A stretch of 46,008 nt of DNA. Source: an uncultured Candidatus Saccharibacteria bacterium. GTDB taxonomy: Bacteria > Patescibacteriota > Saccharimonadia > CAILAD01 > GCA-016700035. The stretch lies in NCBI GenBank assembly GCA_964535385.1, contig CAZHSY010000002.1, positions 72,939 through 118,946 on the forward strand. Direction: 5' to 3'. Of the stretch, positions 43,859 to 46,008 are shown in pieces. Every line of letters begins with the position of its first letter. Position 1 is the stretch's first letter. The notes beneath the pieces were generated by a model. It made no database searches. It was given only the letters and a program-made list of their open reading frames with translations, and was not told the DNA's origin. Position numbers and translations under genes: made by a program.

Positions 43859-44698
43859 ATGACAACTGCGCCACTCATCGGCATCGACATCGGAGGGACA
43901 AAAATTCGCCTAGCCCGAGCCCAGACCCCACAACACCTGGGCGCTACCATCGACATTCCTACGCCTCGAGAATTTGCCGTCGCCCAAGACTTAATACTCG
44001 AACAAATCTTTAAACTGGCTGGCAAGCAAGGTGTCCGCGCGGTCGGGATCGCTAGTCCCGGGCCAGTCGATACACATACCGGCGTAATTGGACGGGCCCA
44101 TAACCTACACTGGCAGCGAGCACCGATCCGGCAATGGCTAGAGCATTACCTAGCCGGGCCAATCATCCTAGCTCATGACGCCCAGGCTGGTGGAGTTTGT
44201 GAGGCTCGCTACGGAGCTGGCCAGAAACACCGCTACGTCCTCTACGTATCAGTGTCAACTGGAGTCGGATCGGCCCTAATCCTCGATGGTATGCCCCTTC
44301 CAACCGCTCACAATCCTGAAGGTGGTCGTATGATTATTCCCAGCCCCCATCACCCGACGATACATTATGAGGATCGCGCCAGCGGTCGAGCTATCGTCGC
44401 CCGCTATGGCAAGCGAGCGGCTGAGATCAAGAACCGCCACGATTGGAATATGATGGCTTATGAGATTGCTCTAGGCCTCTACAACCTCATCGTCGCCTGC
44501 GACCCCGAAGTCGTCGTGCTTGGCGGTGGTGTGGCCGTACACTTTAAAAAATTCATTAAGCCTCTGAAGGCTCACTTAGCGAGCTTTCAGCCACTCTACC
44601 CTCTCCCACCCATTCGACAAGCCCGATACACCGAGCACGCCCCGCTGATTGGGGCTCTTGCTCTAGCTGAAGCCGAGTTGTCTGACCAAAAAGCCTAG
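43859..44698 (+). CDS. ROK/glucokinase-like sugar kinase (divergent)
   Basis: LIGIDIGGTKIRLA (phosphate-1), GIASPGPVD, HDAQAGGVCEARYGAG, LGGGV. The ROK Cys/Zn motif is not evident. Confidence 0.75.
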   Translation: MTTAPLIGIDIGGTKIRLARAQTPQHLGATIDIPTPREFAVAQDLILEQIFKLAGKQGVRAVGIASPGPVDTHTGVIGRAHNLHWQRAPIRQWLEHYLAGPIILAHDAQAGGVCEARYGAGQKHRYVLYVSVSTGVGSALILDGMPLPTAHNPEGGRMIIPSPHHPTIHYEDRASGRAIVARYGKRAAEIKNRHDWNMMAYEIALGLYNLIVACDPEVVVLGGGVAVHFKKFIKPLKAHLASFQPLYPLPPIRQARYTEHAPLIGALALAEAELSDQKA

Positions 44699-44733
44699 CC
44701 AGGCTCTCACTCAAGCGCGTATGATAAAAGGCA

Positions 44734-45216
44734 ATGAGGGTGAAACAAGCAACGCACGAACTGCTGGCGGCTTTTCCTGAGCAGACGTTTGCAGCCGGGA
44801 GCGATTTCGTCTATGACTCGGCCGATGACATCGTCTACTACGACACCGATGGTCTTGACTCCGACACTGGTCGACTATCACTCCTTCATGAGGTTGCCCA
44901 CGCTCGCTTAGCCCACTTCCACTACACCAGCGATTTCGAACTTTTTGTCATGGAGACCAAGGCCTGGTCACTAACTCGTCAGTTGGCTAATCAATATGAA
45001 GTCACCATCGACGACGGGTATATCGAGGATTGTTTGCAGAGCTACGCCGACTGGCTTGAGCAACGAGCCACCTGTCCATTATGCGAGAACTTTTCTCTCC
45101 AGCAAGGTCATTCCACCTACCGTTGCTTCCGTTGTGGCACCCGCTGGCGGGTTTACACTGACGCCCTGGAACGCATCCGCCGCGAGCGTATCAATAACGA
45201 AAAAGCCCCCGAGTGA
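44734..45216 (+). CDS. hypothetical HExxH protein with a C-terminal CxxC...CxxC zinc ribbon
   Basis: LLHEVAHARLAH, then CPLCENF...YRCFRCGTRW. No family recognised. Confidence 0.55.
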   Translation: MRVKQATHELLAAFPEQTFAAGSDFVYDSADDIVYYDTDGLDSDTGRLSLLHEVAHARLAHFHYTSDFELFVMETKAWSLTRQLANQYEVTIDDGYIEDCLQSYADWLEQRATCPLCENFSLQQGHSTYRCFRCGTRWRVYTDALERIRRERINNEKAPE

Positions 45217-45228
45217 AGAGGGGCTTTT
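45201..45228. terminator. bidirectional terminator hairpin between convergent genes
   Basis: AAAAGCCCC (45201-45209) pairs with GGGGCTTTT (45220-45228). The TGA stop of the + gene lies in the loop. Confidence 0.75.
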
Positions 45229-45256
45229 CGTAACACCTACTTGTATAGGCTTTGTC

Positions 45257-45460
45257 TTAGGCAGCTTGGTCAGCTTTGCGCTTGCGGCTTTTCAAGCCAC
45301 CCTTGCGACCTGCTTCACGAGCCAATTCTGGGTTGGCAGCAAAACCACCACCAGTGCTACGTTTGCCACCAATGGCACCAATACGGACATAAAAGTCTTT
45401 TCCGTAGCGCTGTTTGTTAGTTTTTGCGGCTAGAGCACCACCTTTTGGTGTACCTGGCAT
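45257..45460 (-). CDS. KGG-repeat general stress protein (YciG/GsiB-like)
   Basis: PKGGALAA..., GKRSTGGGFAANPELAREAGRKGG: repeated KGG/stress-induced acidophilic repeat motif. Confidence 0.78.
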   Translation of the reverse strand: MPGTPKGGALAAKTNKQRYGKDFYVRIGAIGGKRSTGGGFAANPELAREAGRKGGLKSRKRKADQAA

Positions 45461-45588
45461 AGGACCGTCTCCTGATTAATACATATAATCGAAGCGCTCC
45501 AGCCTGCCGACCCTCCACGGTCAGCTAGGGCAAACTCCTAACCGTTCAAATAGGCCCTAAAGCTCATCCAAACAGGTTATGTCTCATT

Positions 45589-45617
45589 ATTTTACTTATG
45601 CTAGTGTGATTTGTCAA
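45589..45617 (-). promoter_or_regulatory. consensus promoter TTGACA-17 nt-TAAAAT for the KGG gene
   Basis: Minus-strand TTGACA (45612-45617), a 17-nt spacer, TAAAAT (45589-45594). Leader of about 120 nt. Confidence 0.65.
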
Positions 45618-45657
45618 TAGCTTATGCTTAATGTTTTTAACTATCTCCACAGAAAGC

Positions 45658-45692
45658 AAAAACCACCCGCTTAAAAACGAGTGGTTTTTCAT
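45658..45692 (-). terminator. terminator of the rRNA operon
   Basis: AACCACCCG/CGAGTGGTT stem (one mismatch), flanked by A/T runs, directly downstream of the 5S gene on the minus strand. Confidence 0.65.
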
Positions 45693-45697
45693 AAAAA

Positions 45698-45806
45698 GCC
45701 GGCACTGTGCTACTTTCCCGGGGTTACCAGTATCATCGCCGCTGGAGAGCTTAACTACGGTGTTCGGTATGGGAACCGGTGTGACCTCTCCGCCATAAGC
45801 ACCGAC
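45698..45806 (-). rRNA. rrf: 5S ribosomal RNA
   Basis: The minus strand reads GUCGGUGCUUAUGGCGGAGAGGUCACACCGGUUCCCAUACCGAACACCGUAGUUAAGCUCUCCAGCGGCGAUGAUACUGG...GUGCCGGC. This carries the conserved CCCAUACCGAAC...GUUAAGC core, and the two termini pair as helix I. Confidence 0.92.
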
Positions 45807-45951
45807 AGCGATTCATAATGATTATAAACCAGTGTCGGCACTTATATAGTGCCATATGTAAGGATAATATGTGAGACCGAATTCACGCGCCTTAAGCGTG
45901 TCAATCATCCCATGCTCTGACTACCGTGCAAGCACTGCAGTCAGAGCAGAA

Positions 45952-46008
45952 AGAAAAGTCAATCGACTATTAGTACACCTCGGCTAAACACATTACTGTG
46001 CGTACACC
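45952..46008 (-). rRNA. rrl: 23S ribosomal RNA, 3' terminal fragment (continues beyond the window)
   Basis: The minus strand GGUGUACGCACAGUAAUGUGUUUAGCCGAGGUGUACUAAUAGUCGAUUGACUU aligns by eye with the E. coli 23S 3' end (GGGUGUGUAAGCGCAGCGAUGCGUUGAGCUAACCGGUACUAAUGAACCGUGAGGCUU). The exact 3' boundary is approximate. Confidence 0.85.

Noticed and set aside
44996-45433. 145-aa + strand ORF spanning the end of the HExxH gene, the terminator and the KGG gene antisense
   Set aside because: It crosses a strong terminator hairpin (45201-45228) and is antisense to a recognisable KGG-repeat protein. Its composition is shadow-ORF-like.
1-46008. CRISPR arrays, transposases, integrases, phage genes, tRNAs
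   Set aside because: I saw no regularly spaced direct repeats, and no ORF with DDE, tyrosine-recombinase or serine-recombinase motifs. No GGTTCGAATCC-type T-loop occurs in any intergenic region on either strand. The only repeat-like element is the 162-bp palindrome reported above.

Overview
This 46-kb window is a densely packed, almost entirely housekeeping chromosomal segment. It uses the standard genetic code, since TGA is used as a stop inside ATGA/GTGA overlaps.

About 50 protein genes can be placed by motif reading:
- Translation: rpmE, prfA-prmC, rplU, ileS, rpsU, def-fmt, rpsA-ylxR-infB-rbfA.
- Division and envelope: ftsA, ftsZ, a rodA/ftsW-family gene, an LCP ligase, lepB, an HtrA protease, an Rpf-type muralytic protein, and a sortase-substrate-like protein.
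- Segregation and replication: parAB, priA, recJ.
- Secretion: secDF.
- Stress and signalling: rel, nrdR, trxB, a sensor-less GGDEF cyclase, an orphan receiver protein, and a KGG stress protein.

The window ends in a 5S rRNA gene and the 3' end of a 23S rRNA gene on the minus strand.

Firmicute-like operon relics are present (rpsU-yqeY...ybeY-dgkA, recJ-rel, ftsAZ...ileS). Together with Rpf, LCP, pilin-domain proteins and extreme compaction, they suggest a reduced monoderm lineage such as Saccharibacteria/CPR. That placement is inference only.

I see no CRISPR array, no transposase or integrase, no tRNA, and no recognisable defence or secretion island.

The parts not explained by ordinary annotation are:
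1. An orphan transcription unit at 5151-5700: a consensus promoter, a leader helix that sequesters the Shine-Dalgarno sequence, and a small two-TM protein.
2. A 162-bp palindromic element at 5702-5863, immediately downstream of that unit, with 23-bp terminal inverted repeats and flush TTTATT direct repeats.
3. A roughly 155-nt structured leader in front of the Rpf gene, a possible c-di-AMP riboswitch.
4. A translationally coupled trxB-GGDEF-GNAT-lipase operon.
5. A zinc-ribbon/TM/pseudopilin-domain fusion protein.
6. A recurrent '-10 box 6-12 nt from the ATG' (leaderless or near-leaderless) gene architecture.

All calls come from reading the sequence. No searches or folding programs were run.
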